Source: Lama guanicoe (Eukaryota). Taken from it: DNA of 64,000 bases. Shown here piece after piece: positions 1 through 14,006 of the stretch. Every line of letters starts with the position of its first letter. Position 1 is the first letter of the stretch. The notes beneath the pieces were generated by a model that worked only from the letters and a program-made list of their open reading frames with translations, was not told the origin of the DNA and ran no database searches. The translations under genes and the position numbers were made by a program. The DNA lies in NCBI GenBank assembly GCA_013239625.1, contig MU054187.1:19625929-19689928 (forward strand), read 5' to 3'.

Positions 1-650
1 ATCAGAGAAATGCAAATCAAAACTACAATGAGGTATCACCTCACACCAGTCAGAATGGCCGTCATTCAAAAATCCAAAAATGACAAATGCTGGAGAGGCT
101 GTGGAGAAAGGGGAACCCTCCTACACTGCTGGTGGGAATGCAGTTTGGTGCAGCCACTATGGAAAACAGTGTGGAGATTCCTCAAAAGACTAGGAATAGA
201 CTTACCATATGACCCAGGAATCCCACTCCTGGGCTTGTATCCAGAAGGAAATCTACTTCAGGATGACACCTGCACCCCAATGTTCATAGCAGCACTATTT
301 ACAATAGCCAAAACATGGAAACAGCCTAAATGTCCATCAACAGGTGACTTGATAAAGAAGAGGTGGTATATTTATACAATGGAACACTACTCAGCCATAA
401 AAACCGACAACATAACGCCATTTGCAGCAACATGGATGCTCCTAGAGAATGTCATTCTAAGTGAAGTAAGCCAGAAAGAGAAAGAAAAATGCCATATGAG
501 ATCGCTCATATGTGGAATCTAAAGACTCATGGACAGAGAATACAGACTTGTGGTTACCAGGGGGGTAGGGATAGACTGGGATTTCAAAATTGTAGAATAG
601 ATAAACAAGATTACGCTGTATAGAGCAGGGAAATTTAAAAAAAAAAAAAA
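1..650 (+). mobile_element. Young LINE-1 3' end (ORF2 C-terminus, short 3'UTR, poly-A); 5' part lies outside the window
   Basis: ORF 10..522 is the L1 ORF2 cysteine-rich C-terminus ([18 protein letters not shown]); poly-A at 637-650. Confidence 0.95.
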
Positions 651-3600
651 GAGTTGAAGGGGAGAGGAGGTCCTACAGAAACAGAACATTTGGCCATTAG
701 TTACCACTCAAAGTAGACCCGGCTCCATTACTTACTTTCCTTCTTGGCTTCATGAATTCTGCGTGGTACTGAGTGCTGAAGCTCCAGGACAAACTCTGTG
801 AATACGTGGAGGGAGATTTTACCAGTTTCCAAATGAGGAAAAGATGCTTTTGGAAGATTTTTCAAGGGAGTAATGGTCACAGCTCAAAAGTTTTGCTTGA
901 ATTTACCACTGTTGAATTAAAGTCTATTTTGGCAGACTTCTGGCAAGAGAACTTCTCATAACTTGCAAGGTATTAAAAGAGGGTGAGCTTTTGCCTGAGG
1001 TAAAATGTGAGCCTTCTCATGATTTCTGTTGTTTAAACATTCACATAAAAAGAATAACCCAGGCACACACATGGATGATCCTCTCTACCACCACGGAGAC
1101 CAAGAAGATAGTTTATTTTGAAGATGAGTCTTACCAATCATAGGGCCACTCACTGATTTGGCCTGGAAATTCCAGAAAAGTCTTCAAAAGAAAAATCTCG
1201 CCAGCAATCTGGAAGTAATCGTTCATTATTATTAGGTAAGAAACCAATTCGTCAGGAGAGACAAGAAAAAATGTCACTGAAAAACTGTCACTTGAGCTGA
1301 GAATTGCAGATAATACAAGTCTGTCAGAGACAGAGGGAGGGGAAGGGCATTCTAAAAGTGTGAACAGACATAGAAATGTGGCAGTTAAAAGAAAAAAAAA
1401 AGAACATGTCTTAGTGCCAAAAGGTGTGTGGGAGGGGAAAATGAGAGCATAGGGTGTCTGTGTCTGGGGACCAGCCACATACGGGGGTGGGTCTAGGGCT
1501 GCAGGTCAGGCGAAGGCGTTTGTCAGCAGCAGGAAGGTCATCAAGTCTTCCCGCTTGGGGAGTTAGCTGGGCAATCAGATCCAAGTCTTCACGAGGCAAT
1601 TCCAGGTGCGGAGCGGCTTAGTTTAAGGAGTGACTGGCAATTGTGACTAAAGACCAATTAGAAGGCTCAGGCAAGAGTCTAAAGGAAAAATCTCCCCGGT
1701 GAAATATACCTGATCTATCCTTCCCATTTTACATGTTAATATCTTTCCCTCACATCCCTGGTGGTGACGGATAATCAAAACAAATATTTACAATCGCCTT
1801 TACTACAACTGCTACTTCTTCTAAAGCTATATTAGAACAAATTTTTTTCCAGCCATTGTGATCAACAATTAACGTGAAAAGCACATCGTGTGGTCACGCC
1901 AGCCCTCTGACCTATGTTCTGCATTAACACCTACTTTACATTTTGGTGAGGAAATAGAGACACAGAGCGGTAAGTAAAATTCCCTAAGTTGGACTCAGTT
2001 AACAAGTGGGTGATCTTCCAAAAAAAAAAAAAATGGAGGAGGCTGATTAGGATGGGGAGTAACGGAGCACCAGAAGTTAAAGCCATTTGACTAGGGTCAC
2101 ACCGAGAGGCTTTTTCGATCTGCTGTCCTGTGGCTGTTCGTACTCCACTCTCATGCCTGCGATATCACCATTTGCTGTCATTTGTTTTTTCCAAACTATG
2201 TCCTCTTATCTCCTCCTCCCATGTGGCTGATCAGTCTCCCTTCCCTGAAAAAAAAAGTTGCGCTCATCATTTCCTGACTTGCATCGTTTGTAAACTTGTT
2301 TGAAATAGGATTTTCCCCCCTGCTTTCAATCTAGCTTTGAATGTAGCTGCTATGAGTCTGTTGGGATCCAAACAAGTATGTAAGTGGAGCCAAACAGACG
2401 TTCTTCCCATTCACCACCATCACCATGACTTCTGTCCTAATGAGATTGACTATGAAATGCAGAAACTTCGAAAAGACCTTTTACTTTTCTAGAAGAGCCT
2501 GATCCCAAATGAGATATGCTGGCAACTCCATATTTCCTTCCTCAGGCCCCCATTGTGGACTTTTTTAAACTTTCCTAGAATGAAACTTCTTCAGCCTACA
2601 GAAGAAGAGGAAAAAAGAGCTAGCAAAAGGAATAAAATCTTTACAGTTCCTTTCAACCCTCCCATTAATTGTTTCATGCTTTAGACTTGGTGGAGGGGAC
2701 AGTCAGGTCACTGGGTTTCGGTGGCCTCACTCTCTCATCAATGTCAGGGACAAAATAATGACAGGAGTGAGGATGGGATTTTCATCTTTTTAGAGCAGGG
2801 CTGAGGCCCCTATGATACTGTAACTGCTACAGTGGCTTACTTCTCATGGATATTTAATAGTAATTAAAGTGTGTTAAATTGAATCCTCATTAATTTTTTT
2901 TTTTAATTTGTGCTGGTCTTCATAGTTTCAGAGAATTTCCACACCATCTCCTCATGTCATTTCCATCACCTTGTAACATAATCAGTGGAAGCCTTACTAG
3001 TTCCATTATATAGATACCATTTAAAATGTGGGTTAAAATAACTCCACCAAGTACCAATAGGCAGTAAGTGGCAAGCCAGCACACAAACTCAGGGTTTGAA
3101 ACTCAGTATCCTCTCTCCAACATCCCTACGTCTTCCACGGGATTCTTATTATGAGAACTGCATTGAGGAGCCTGGACCCAGATCTATGGAGACAGTTTCA
3201 AATTTGTGGCAGTGATGACAGGTCTCTACTTTCTGTCTGTGAAGGAATTTTTGGAAACAGGGAAAAATGGGAAAAGAACTGTAGGGATGAACTACCATCT
3301 ACCAATCCATCTACCCAGGGCTGACTAGTCTTAAGTCAAGAATATAGCACAGGATGTGGCCTGGTTACCTATTATATCAAAGCACCATTTCCCAAATGAG
3401 GTTTCTACATTTGGGGACCATCTGAAGATCTTGCAAAAATGAAGATCTCAGGTCCCACCCCTATCTACTGAGTCAGACTGTCTAGGATTTGAGCCCCCAA
3501 ATCTACATGTTTAAGCATCTCTTTTAAAAGTCTGAGGGAAAAAATCACTGGATTAAAGACTTAGTCATCACACTTAACCTCTCCAGATATTTTGGCCTCA

Positions 3601-5959
3601 GTTGTTTGATCTGTAAAATGGGATAATTAGACCTTGCCTCCCTAAAACTAGGAGGCCAGATCTGATTATTTCTTCCTGCCCCTCCTGTTTGTAAAACTTG
3701 CCATTCAATTATGTATTTTCCTCATCAATAATTACTGATGATTCATTCTTGCTTACACCATTGCCTGTCCCCAAATTCCCTTTCCAAACCCTCCCGTCAT
3801 GTACAATCCATCCTCTTAGTGAAATTCTTCCCAAATGCTCCCACCCTGAGCTGACTCCCCTCTCTTCTCTGAACTCTTAAAGCACTTGTGGTCCCAGAAC
3901 TGATTTGGCCTCTGAAAGCCATTGCCCTGTGGTGACAACCTTCCTTAAGTCTGTGCTATGACTTTGAACTTGAGGTTAAGAACTATCTTTGTTAATGACC
4001 ATGATGTTGACCTTACACTATTTAGCTATCATTTCAGTTTGTAATGAACTGAAAACATGAAACAGTTTTATAATCTCTTTAATATGCGTGTTCAATCATC
4101 ATGAAATAGGTCCTCTGAAAAGTCAGCTATGTGCAGACTTCAAGCTGAGTCTCTAATAGATTTGAACTCATTGGAGTTTGGCTTTTGTTAGCTAAATGTC
4201 ATTAATTCTCCAGTGCCTAGTTCTCTAGACTCTTCAACTCAGAAAGAGCATAAAGTATTTCTTAAAAACAAAGAGATTTTAATTAAACTACAAAAAGAAT
4301 GTCAAGTTGAAATAACCAGTTTATGGCTTATGAGGGAAATAAGTATGCTAAAAAGATTATGTGAAGCATGTAAAGAGGGCTGTAATCAGCAAGTCAGCTC
4401 TTCCCAGGGTGCCCCCTAAATGGACGGGAACACAGTAAGCCGTATTTTTGACACTGAAATGGGCGGTAGTCAACTTCCCCACAAAATAGCACCTGTTTTA
4501 AACTCAGGGCTGTCTGCTAAATGATACCCAAAGCCCCTACTCAGAAGTTCTCTTAACACAGGATTGCAGAAAACAATTAGCCCCTAGTCTTAATGTTGGT
4601 ACAAGACAATGCTTACTTATTATCTAATTGTCAGCTTTAAGGTTTCTGCATTTTTTTTAATTATCTGTTTAAAATAAGAATAAGAACATTTTTATTTTGA
4701 ACTCAAACTTTTGAACTTTGTGACATTCAGATTTGAAATTAGAAAGAGAAACTTAATCTCCTGAATACGCAATTCCATAGAGGAATCCATGGGAGATGAG
4801 TGATGTCAACAGGGAGCCAGTATTTGAGCACCAGCATTTTCAGAAAGAGCCCTGGTGTCTCTCCAGCAGTTCTGAGCATGCGGCTATGTTCCTTTTTCAA
4901 GAGGATTACCACTAACGTAACTTTACTTTTTTCTATAATTGCCTGAATGGTTGACTGTTCATAAAATCTGCAACTTCAAGTTATTATTATTTGATCCCAT
5001 AATAGGTTTTATTAACTCTCTCCCTGATCTTGTTTGAGTGTTCTAGAGTGTACTCTATCAGAAAGGGAAGCAGGAAAGGGTGGGGACTAAGATACAAAAA
5101 GGGAGCTGGGAAAGCAAATGGTGTAGGAAACACGACATATTGTGTAGAGCGCTGGAAATCAAGAAGCTCCAGCCTCCCTTTGCCCTTTACACTATGACAA
5201 TTGGGGAAATTAAGATGCCTTCTCTAGATTAAAAGAAGAGAGAGAGAGAGAGGGAAGTACTAGAGAATCCCCAGGGCCTCTTCCAATGCTTAAATTCTGT
5301 GAAAGCCACAAAATTTCATAATCCTAAATAGTAAAAATTATTTTGTTCAACACTGTGCTGACACATATCTATATATTGCAAACTCTTTTGAAAATGCAGG
5401 TTCTGGGTCCCCATCCATGCCTCCACTGAATGCAGAGGTTCTGATTTCTAACAGACACCCCAGAGTTGAGAAACATTGATCTAGATAACAGAAGATTTAT
5501 TAATGTTTCCATTTTACAAGAGTTCTAGCCTATCTGTGTCTTAATTAACAAAGATCTATGTCGAAGGAATTAATTGTACTTGGTTTTAAAAGGGGGCTCT
5601 TGAAGACAGAAGAACTTTGAAGAGCCAAGGGAATAAATGGTGTCATCTGAGGACTCCTGATAGAAGGAAATATCAAAGCAGCAGAGGGAGAATGAAGAAA
5701 GGGTTTCATGATATCTCTCAAGTTATTCTTCCTAGACCTATCCTAGTCCCTTCTATCTTCAAGGCTAATGACCCATGGTTCCTATCATGTCTAGAGTCAA
5801 TCTTTTTAAGAATAACTAACCATACTCCTTCCATTTCTCAAAAGACATATTTTTCTTCATTCATACATTTTCTCTGTTATGTCTAATGATTAATGTCAGT
5901 ATATATAATATTTTATGGAATCTATAAAAAAACTGAAAATGTATCTAAACATAAGAAAT

Positions 5960-6680
5960 TGATGTTAAAAAGTGATCAGTCACCATTGTACACATATTAG
6001 AATAGCTAAATTTTAAAAACTGACTATACCAAGTTTTGGCAAGGATGTGAAGTCACTGAAGCTCTCCTGCACTGCTGGTAAGAATGTTAAATAGTACATC
6101 CACATTGGAATATAGTTGGACAGTTTCTTTAAAAGTTAAGCATTTGTTTAACATATGAGTCAGTGATTCCACTCTTCGATATTTACTCAAGAGAAATGAA
6201 AGCATTCATGCAAAAGTCTAAGGCTATTTTGATAACCAAAACTCAAAAGAACCCCAGAGTGCATCAAAAATGAATGAATAAACAAACTGTGGCCTATCTG
6301 TATATAATGAAATACTACACAATAATAAAAAGAAATGAATGATTGATACAGATATTTATGATGAGTGAAAGAAACCAGAATAAAAAGGTAAATAGTGTAT
6401 AATTCCATTTACTTAAAATTCTAGGGAACAAAACCTAACCTATAGTGACAGAAAGCAGATCAGTGGTGGCCTTCTGATGGTAGGATGGGTGGGAGGGAGG
6501 AGTGGAGCGGGATTACTAAAGGAAACAAGGAAACTTGACAGTAAGATATGTAGCATTATCTTGATTGTGGTGACGGTTTCACGGGGGGGTGCGTATTTTA
6601 AAACACATCAGATTATATAATTTAATATGTGCAGTTATTCTCAGTCAGTTATACCTCAAAAAACTATTACTTTAAAAAAG
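5960..6680 (+). mobile_element. Old L1 (L1M-type) ORF2 end and 3'UTR
   Basis: Degenerate L1 3' motifs (aagttttggcaaggatgtg, gattccactc, ttatcttgattgtggtgacggtttcac). Boundaries approximate. Confidence 0.75.
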
Positions 6681-6993
6681 AATAGTTAGTTTAAAATTGA
6701 ACAAGAAAAAATACCGAACAATAAACAGCTAGGAAAAACAAGAGACAGAAATGGAAAACTTTGAATGTATCAAAGTCTTTCAGATGAATCTCTCTATGAT
6801 GAATGATAGATACAGTTGGTAGAAATAAAGCAGTATATGTGGTATCTTTCAAGAAATGTTCAAAGGGAGCTTTGCTTGTACAGTAGATAGAGATAGATGG
6901 TGGATGGAAAGGACAAGAAAGCCAGCAGTCCTGACAATCTTATAAAGCCTCTTCCACTAGAGAAAATGAATCTGAAAGATTGGGAATTTGGAA

Positions 6994-7150
6994 GATCTTG
7001 TGGTAGCTCACAGTGAAAAAAAATGACAATGAATATATGTATGGTCATGTATAATTGAAAAATTGTGCTCAACACTGGAATTTGACATAACATTGTAAAA
7101 TGACTGTAACTCAATAAAAAATGTTTAAAAAAAAAGGAAAGGAAAAAACA
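6994..7150 (+). mobile_element. 5'-truncated L1 3' end with 19 bp TSD
   Basis: TSD aaagattgggaatttggaa at 6975-6993 and 7151-7169; A-rich tail; related to the 3'UTR at 25962-26110. Confidence 0.9.
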
Positions 7151-8149
7151 AAAGATTGGGAATTTGGAAAGATGGGAAAGTTAAAAAAGGAAAGAAGATA
7201 TATTTTAAAGGAAATTGATCAGATATCAAGATAATATTAGAAAAAAAATGCTATTGCTCAAGTGAGATTTTATACTGTACACAGCACCACCTTGAGGAAA
7301 GCCATGGGAAATGCTATTTCATGTGTAATAGAGCCCAATTCATTCATTGGTTTATTCAGCCTTCATTCAGCATTTATGTATCACTTCACAGTATACCCAC
7401 CACCATTCCAGATACCTGGGTTACAGCAATAAACCAAAAATAAAAATAGCAACAACAACAACAAAAATCTCTACCCTCTTAGATCTTGTTTATCAAGAAA
7501 AGCAACTTTGTTTTTAAATAATTTACGGTCATATGTAAATTCATTTTACAAACTTTTAAAAAATATTTTAAGAAGTAAGAGGAAGATTTTGAGTGGAAAA
7601 TAAACCTAAATTGTGTATTTTTCTTAAGTGATTTTTCACAGACGTGCTTTGTGTAAATCAGAAGGCTTTGGGAGGGTAGGGGGAGGGTGTACCACTCCAT
7701 AGTCAATTCTAAAGTCATTTAAAATAAAAGGTATGCCTTATACCTTTTTTAGGACTGGGGCACACTTCCACCCCAGCTGCAGGGGTGTAGGTTTCTGAAG
7801 ACTCACAGCTGTGACCCCATCCTGGAATGATTGTACCCTTATATCAAACAGTAATTGGATTGTGATTGCTCCTCCCTCCTGGGAGGTGTTTAAACTTGGG
7901 AAAGGGAGCTCTCTCCAGCCAAAAGTGATTTCCAGTCTTCATTCCTCTCTGTGCTTCCATCTGAATAGATTCCATTGCTGTGTCTTCAGGTTCACTAATC
8001 TTTCCTTCTTCAGTTTCTAATCCTTTCTTAACCTTATCCAGAAAATGTTAATTTTAGATATTGTACTTTTAATTTCCAGATGTTTTATTTTCCACTTATC
8101 TCCTCATTATGCTCAGGTTTTCATTAAATTTCATGAGCATTTCAGGATA

Positions 8150-8418
8150 CAGGCATATCTCACTTTATTGTGCTTTATTGCACTTTGCAGACACTGCATT
8201 TTTTAAAAACTGAAGTTTTATGGCTTTCATTGAGCAAGTCTATCAGAGCCGTTTTTCAAATGATATTTTTTAATTAACATCATATTATATTTTAATTTAA
8301 TTTAAAAAATTTTTTTTACATAATGCTATTGCAAACATTGTGTGATGTGCTTTATTATGGTATTTACTTTACTGTGGTGATCTGGAGCCAAATCCACATT
8401 ATATCCAAGGTATGCCTG
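8150..8418. mobile_element. Tigger1-derived non-autonomous DNA transposon (MITE)
   Basis: Terminal inverted repeats caggcatatct...aggtatgcctg, flanked on both sides by TA target duplications. Confidence 0.85.
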
Positions 8419-9845
8419 TATTTATATATTTTAAAGCAATATTGAAGCCTGTGTCTGCTAGTTCTAGCAGCTCTCTCATTTCTAGGTGTGTTACTAGTGG
8501 CAGCTTTTTTTTTTCCCCACTATAGATCTTATTTTCCATCCCTTTTTCTTGTCATGTTTAATCATTTTGGGTTGGATGCATAAACGTAGTGAATGTAACA
8601 CGGCTGAGTATCTGAATTTTGTCATTTTAGTTACTGGAGATCATCTTAATCCTTCCAGGGCTTTTTTTTTTTTAACCTTTGTTCAGGTGGATCTAACCTC
8701 ACCTTTATTTTAGGAAGACCCTTCTGGGGTCTCTCTGAATGCTGTAATTGAATACGAGAGGTCTCCACTCTGACTGGCTTAACCAACTCTCTGCCCTTTG
8801 TGTGAGCTTTGTGAATTGTTCAGTTTACAGCCCTCTGCTTATTCTTTGTCTGGCCTCTGAATTTCACTCCATGCAAGCAGCTAAGGATTTTGTCAAGAAT
8901 GAAGACTATTTTAAATACAGATTTAAGAGCTCTTTTTTTGGTAAATCTTCCCTCTCCAGAACCCTGCCCAACATATTCCAGCTAGCTCAAACTCCCCATC
9001 TTCCAATCTTTGTCTTCTCAACTCAGCGAGGCCACTGAACTCTTTTTGGGACCCTCCCTTCACGCACTCCTGTTGAAGGAGTGTCCCCAGGGAGAAAAAT
9101 GGGACAATGGCGAGGTTTTTCCTAATGTGTTTCCCTTTTCTAAAACACCATGGCCCTGTATTTCCTGTAAATTCAGTATCTCAAAATAGCTGCTCCATGT
9201 ACTTATCCAAGGTTCTAGCCACTGATGGAGCAAGGGCAAGTCCAAATCCTTGTCACTGCATCACGGCTGTAAAAAACTCTCAAAATTTATTTTTGGCTCA
9301 TCTGTACACATGGTATAGTGTGAATACAAGCCCAATTCAGTAAAGCATATCTCCATTTTTATGACATTGTTCTTTAAAAACATGTATTTGAGGTGCTAAC
9401 GTAAGGAAGTGCATAGCTTTTTCTCTTTGCCAGTCCTTAAGTAGTGGGAATGGAGGTGGGTGCTGGGAATAGAGACTTGAGAAGGGACGTTGATAACCAT
9501 CAGTGCATCGTGCTGCCTCTCTGTGCTCCAACATTTGTATAGGAAATGGCGACCCTCTAGGACACTAACAAACAAACAAAAGATGGAGGGTAGTACTGCA
9601 CGGGAAGAAAGGAGCTGAGATCAAGTCTGACAATTATGCCAACCTGAGCTGTTTTCAGTCAACAAGTGTTTGCATGTTGGGGGTCTAGGGAGATGTTACC
9701 GTTTTGAAACACATTTTAGACTCTCCTCAAGGGAATAAACACTATAAAGATTGCCAAACACAAGACCTTACATATTGCATGTAAGAGCTCCTACATTCCA
9801 CATTTGATAAACTCACGTTTGGTATTCAAGGGTCACCACCACCAG

Positions 9846-9874
<29 letters not shown>
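9846..9874. repeat. Poly-A run
   Basis: About 29 consecutive A. Confidence 0.95.
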
Positions 9875-9877
<3 letters not shown>

Positions 9878-10224
9878 TTGTTATATGCATGGAAATAACA
9901 GTTATAAAATACATGAGATTAAATTATTCTACCATCCCCTCTCTAACCTTCAATATCTTTTAAAGGAAAAAGTAACACAGAAATGGAAATAATCCTGGCT
10001 TTAGCCATAATCTCAGAAGTAATGCTAAAAGCCTTAGTTTTCTTTCAAAGCCTTTTATCCATGTGCAGTGTCACTCAGTGATTGAGAGCAGAGCCTTTAT
10101 AATGAGATAGACTTGGATCCTGGATGTGCCATTAGCATCTCCAAAACCTTGGGGGAAATTATTTAACTTCTCTGAGGCTTAAGTATAAATGACCTGTACA
10201 TTGCTTGACACATAGTAGGCACAC

Positions 10225-12110
10225 CATGCCAGTCAGAACAAATAGAAACCACACAGCAGAGAGATTTTAACATAAGGGATGGATGAAGCAGGAATTCGTG
10301 AACTAAAAAGTCACATGGGAATAGCAAACATCAGGACACAGCTACCACCCTGAGGGCTGCAGGAGCAAAGGAAGAGGGGCGGGGTTTTACAATTTAAAAG
10401 CTTGGAGGAGGCATCTCGTGAAGCTGGGACGTGGACTTCTGTTAGAGGATCTGTTGCCGTGCTGGTGTTCGTATCTGAAGGGACAGAGGCAATGAATGAG
10501 TCCATCTTATTTGTTTCCCTTCTCTCAGGGACCACAGAATTCATGCTCCAGGCCCCACTCAAAGCAGGGAGCTTTTCATGTCCCCCAGTATATGGGCTGG
10601 AACACATTCCTAGATGTAGGAGATGTTGCTGCCATAGGCCGAATAATCCTAGCAGGGATTTTCTTTCCTTCTTTCTGGTAGAAAGACAAGTTGCAGCCAT
10701 TTGTCTTTTGAAAGTGATGTCTTCACTTGCCTTTGACCCAGCTGGATCTCTAAACACAACAGCAGACGTTCCCTCAATTGTCAACTTCAATGCCTTACTC
10801 TGTAATGCCTGTGTCTCACCAACATTCCCAGTATGCTAGCCACTTCTTGTTCACCGTCCTGATTGACATGATGTTGTGTTGGATGTCCAGATAGCCCAGA
10901 TTCTGTCTGATTAGATCACGACAGAGAGAAGAAAGTACTGTAGCCCCAGACAAACCTGTCAATGTGTGTTGTTATCTGTTTCCTGTAACTGCAAACAGTT
11001 TCTGATCTTTACTGATAAGGATAGAAAAAAAATGCCAAATCACTGTCTGCAATACGGTGTACCTGAGGCCATATTAATCTGCTTTAGCCAAGATAACACG
11101 TCTAGCACAGTAGCCACAACTGGGCTATGATTTGAGTTTGCAGTGGCCTACAGTTATGCTCCAAGGTTGGATTCTTCTGCCGTGGTCAGACTGGAGAACT
11201 AAATGGAGCTATGATATGGACCATGACCTTCTGTATTCTTAATATCCTTCAGAGTAGCATTAATTTCAGCCATTCCTCTCCATCACCACCTTCAAATGCA
11301 ATATTTCTTGAGTCACTGTCTTAGCCAGGACTGACAAGGGGGTGGAGGTAGAGAGGATGCGAATGGAGAGGTGCAGTTTCAGAAGTTTCTGCTTCACTTT
11401 TCTCACGATGATAGCCCTCATCTGGCTTGAATGAAAGGAATTCGAGATGGGGGTTACTCCACAGCCAGGTACATCAACCCAATTATACATTCAGGGGTTG
11501 GGGAGGTGACCACTGGATGGGTCCACAGACCTGCTGGACCCACTGAGAGCCAGACTCTGATCAGATCTTGTTTAGTACCCAACCCCTCTGTGCCTCCCCT
11601 CTAATGTGATGCTTTAGAACTCCATGAATCAATGTTAATTCTATCCAGTACCCTCAAATTTCTGGATATTCCTCTTTCCCCAGTGTATATCTTCTCAACT
11701 AAACTACCATAGGTCATTTTTCAGGAAAATGGGGAAAGGTAACATACTGTATTTTTATCACAGTACTTCAAGATTTTTTTCCTCCTATGGACTTGTCTAC
11801 CTCTTCAGCCAGTGGTTTCTGGGTCTGAAAACTGCCTGTGGTCTGGGATCTGGGCAAAGGATCAAGAATTTCTATTGGGGTGATTACCCTAAGTCTGCTC
11901 CTGTATCATTCTTGCTTTCTTTTGATTATGTTAAGCCCTCATGGGCTATTCATCTATTCTGCCTCTATGGGCGCCATGTTCTGTGAACCATCATCACAGC
12001 TCCCTCCAGGTCAAGCCCTTTTAGCTGCAGCCCCCACCCCACCACCGGCTTCTGTCACCTGGTCCTATTGCTTCAGAGTCTCATCATCCCAATAGCAATG
12101 AGCCAACTGG
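10225..12110 (-). mobile_element. Decayed ERVL (class III) provirus remnant: gag end, protease, RT fragment and probable adjacent LTR
   Basis: Minus-strand translation pieces GPAGLWTHPVVTSPTPECIIG, RAIIVRKVKQKLLKL, GMAEINATLKDIK, DQKLFAVT and LLGLFGLWQQHLLHLG parallel ERVL pro/pol in order, with many frameshifts and stops. The LTR call (10225-10500) is weaker. Confidence 0.8.
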
Positions 12111-12589
12111 TCGACTGACAGATTTAATATAGATACAGATGGAGCTGTAGATATAGGTTCTCTTTTTACAGAAAGATGTTGTAACTATATTGATTCATAA
12201 CAGATGTACAGATCTGATCATTTTCCTGCACAGAAGGAGAGAGGAGAGCCCCACCATACAAGAGTTTCCAGTGTTTTGGCATACTGAACTTGAGGTAGTT
12301 CAACCACGCGATTTGAAGTGCATTGGAGCTGGACAAGGTGCAGTGGGCGCTCTGTGCAGATCAGCATGCTCGGAAAACTCAGCCTTCACTCTTTGATATT
12401 CCTTCCGTAAGCCTTTGAAAATGCCTACTAAATGAAAGGCCCGCCGTGCTGGGTACTGGATGTATAATGGTGAATGAAAGAGAGATCTAAAATGTTTCCA
12501 ACGTTATAAAAGAGAATTTGAAATTATGCTCAGTTCCTGAATGTTTCCATATAGAGACATATCTGTATAGTACAAACATGGAGAACTGG

Positions 12590-12960
12590 TTCCAGTTCAA
12601 AAGCAGAATGTAATTAAACTAAGGACTTCAGGGTGAGATCATCCTGGATTTAGGGTGTGCCCTAAATCCAATTACACATGTCCATATAAGAGGAGAGAGA
12701 GACTTGAGACCCAGAAACAGAGGAAAACAACACATGAAGGCAGTAATTAGAGGGTGGCCATGAATCAAGAAATATCAAGTACCACCAGCAGCCCCAAGAG
12801 CCGGGAAGGAGGCCAGTGTGGGTTTTTCCACAGAGTCCCTAGTAGGTCAACACCTTAGTTTCACGCTTCTGGCCTTCAAAACTGTAAGACAATAAATTTC
12901 AGTCATTTTAAGTCACCCATTTGTGCCAATTTGTCATGGCAGCCCTAGAAAACTAATAAG
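12590..12960 (+). mobile_element. MLT1-type MaLR solo LTR
   Basis: Typical MLT1 motifs (gagatcatcctggatttagggtgtgccctaaatccaat; acaataaatttc; cagccctagaaaactaata). Confidence 0.8.
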
Positions 12961-13332
12961 AAGAGAAATTAATTTTTCAAAATCTTAGGTCACTTTGTGT
13001 TTAAAATAAGGCGTTTAATTATATAAAATGACATTTAAACTTATTAGGAACTGTCTTTATTTTATTGGATTTTTTTGTCCATTAAAAGTTATCATATGTA
13101 CTAAAGACAGAGGTAACTTTATATAGATAATAATAATAGTAAATAATTATGATAGTAGAATAAAAGGCTAAATACTCAGAGTAAATAATAGCATGATTAC
13201 ACAATAAAATTACATAAATTAACTTTTTTTTCTGAAGCTTGTATAAGAAAAATATTTTCTTTATTTCTGTAGTTTTGTTTTGTTTTTGTTTTTTGCTTTT
13301 TTATTCTTCCCTGATCTCCTGCCAGTTTTCCT

Positions 13333-13434
13333 TGTTTAATTGTTGTTGTTGTTAAATGGAGATACTGGGGACTGAACCCAGGACCTCGTGTGTGCTAAAC
13401 ACGTGCTCTGCCGCTGTGCTATACCCCTCACCCC
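13333..13434 (-). mobile_element. tRNA-derived SINE (camelid Vic-1-like)
   Basis: Reverse complement ggggtgaggggtatagcacagcggcagagcacg...gggttcagtccccagtatctcca carries A/B-box-like motifs. Confidence 0.85.
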
Positions 13435-14006
13435 TTGTTTCCTTTTGAAGTATTCAGACTCATGCAATTTCTTTGGGGTGAATATTCAAAGATTTAAGAT
13501 TGAGACAAATAAATTACTTGATACTGGTAAACAGTATGATGTGCTTTATTCTGTTTCAGAACTTCAGCAGATTGCTAACTTTAGGCTGGTCTTCCCAGCA
13601 ATCATGTGATCTGGACAAATCAAAATAACAGAGAGACTTCCTAGGGGGATGAACAGAGACTGGAAGGTCAGGGCCAGGCAGGCTCAAGGCCTGTGATTCA
13701 GACCCTGCTGCGTTCCCAGGCTCTCCTGCCCTTGGCTTCCCAGAGGTGGAGCTGTTTGAACCCCACCTGCTGCCTTGTCCCGAGGCCATAGTTACACATT
13801 CGCCAGATTATTGTAAAGCAGCATTAATCCCGCTGGTTCCCAAGCTTGACTTGCTTTTGTGAAAAACGCCGACCCGTGTGTGCCACCCTAGATTTTCTTA
13901 ATCTAAGTTGCCAGGGACCAGACCTGGTAATATGAGTTTTAAGAATTTCTCCCAGGTGATTCTACTCAAGTATAAGGCTCTGCACTCAAGGACAAATGTG
14001 CTAAAC

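Noticed and set aside
10..522. 170 aa ORF (and 114 aa ORF at 26319) as host genes
   Set aside because: L1 ORF2 C-terminal fragments.
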